Source: Acidobacteriota bacterium (GTDB lineage Bacteria > Acidobacteriota > UBA6911). From it: DNA of 64,000 nt. This document shows positions 63,138-64,000 of the stretch, piece after piece. Both the position numbers and the translations under genes were made by a program. The stretch covers positions 4,576,001 through 4,640,000 of the forward strand of contig OY761556.1 in assembly GCA_963664705.1 (NCBI GenBank). Direction: 5' to 3'. Positions within the stretch are counted from its first letter, which is position 1. Each line of letters starts with the position of its first letter. The notes beneath the pieces were generated by a model that made no database searches, was not told the origin of the DNA, and saw nothing but the letters and a program-made list of their open reading frames with translations.

Positions 63138-64000
63138 GTGGCTGATCTTCTGGACAATATGTTTTCCCGACGCCGTTTCATCCAAAGTGTTGCGCTGACT
63201 TCTGCCAGCCTGTCAATGGGGCCCTTTTTTACTTTCGGTAAACCTGCGGCTCTGAAGCCGGTAAAGCGCGTCATGGGGCGCCTCGGATTTGAAACCACGA
63301 CGCTCGGCCTGGGCGGGCAGGCATCCTTGGAATGGACACCGGCGGGGGTTGATCCGACCAAAATCATCCTGAAGGCTTTTGACTTGGGAGTAAATTATTA
63401 CGACACTTCCAATGTATACGACGGAAGCCAGGAGAATTACGGAAAGGCATTTCGTGAATTGCATCTGATTCCCGACCAGCCGGGATACAATGAACGGCTC
63501 CGCAGCTCGATCTTCCTGACCAGCAAAACCGCACTTCGCTTCGGCAAAGGTGGTTGGAACAAACAGGGGTTGATCAATGTAACCAACGGAGCGCCCGGCT
63601 CGCATGCGGCGGACGACCTCCGACGGACACTTTCACAGATATTTGGTGACGGTCGAGGCTCTTACCCCAAAGGGGCCTACCTCAATATGGTCTTGCTCCA
63701 TAGCGTTTCGAGTACGGCAGACATCGATGCTCTTTATGAGGGGTACAACAATACCGATGCCAAGGCGGAGACGATCGGCACGCTGGCCACGTTGATTGAT
63801 TACCGTGACGGCACCAACCTGACGGGGCTCAATCCCAGGGAAGAAAAGCTGATCCGGCATATTGGATTTTCGGGACACGCGACTCCTGCGGTCATGATGG
63901 AAATGATTCAACGGGACACGCGCGGCGCGCTGGAAGGCATGCTGGTGGCGATCAACGCCAATGATCGTCTCAATTTCAGCATGCAATACAATGTCATCCC
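63138..64000 (+). CDS. Second, paralogous Tat-type aldo/keto reductase (runs off the window end)
   Basis: Not in the ORF track. AAGGAG with GTG 63138: MADLLDNMFSRRRFIQS...GFETTTLGLGGQASL...GVNYYDTSNVY; colinear with 61423-62937. Confidence 0.88.
   Translation, partial: MADLLDNMFSRRRFIQSVALTSASLSMGPFFTFGKPAALKPVKRVMGRLGFETTTLGLGGQASLEWTPAGVDPTKIILKAFDLGVNYYDTSNVYDGSQENYGKAFRELHLIPDQPGYNERLRSSIFLTSKTALRFGKGGWNKQGLINVTNGAPGSHAADDLRRTLSQIFGDGRGSYPKGAYLNMVLLHSVSSTADIDALYEGYNNTDAKAETIGTLATLIDYRDGTNLTGLNPREEKLIRHIGFSGHATPAVMMEMIQRDTRGALEGMLVAINANDRLNFSMQYNVI

Overview
A 64 kb chromosomal segment from a probably anaerobic bacterium. The 16S 5' end (GCTCAGAATCAACGCTGG) and two small secreted-protein families suggest Acidobacteriota, but this is inference. 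In order it holds: a minus-strand cluster of complex-I/Mrp antiporter-like subunits; a complete rRNA set in the non-canonical transcription order 23S-5S-16S, with tandem promoters before 23S, a terminator after 16S and no spacer tRNAs; DUF3109, an atypical RfbD-like SDR and an M16 peptidase pair; a transcarboxylase (5S/12S/1.3S) / epimerase / methylmalonyl-CoA mutase / MeaB operon whose mutA is frameshifted by a 52-nt tandem duplication; a three-gene unit (TusA-OsmC fusion, MetE-like protein with an in-frame UGA plus SECIS-like hairpin, Zn-finger-TusA); 3-hydroxybutyryl-CoA dehydrogenase; an HTH-PtsN regulator with an Ehr (Hyf-like, Ni-less) complex; a degenerate sigma54 activator beside three sigma54-promoter-bearing transport genes; a Mo-nitrogenase cluster (nifA-nifHDKENB-fdx-nifV-PII); a PAS kinase; and two tandem Tat-type aldo/keto reductases. 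No CRISPR, tRNA or transposase was seen. The strongest leads are the permuted rRNA operon and the probable selenocysteine-containing MetE-like sulfur-relay unit.
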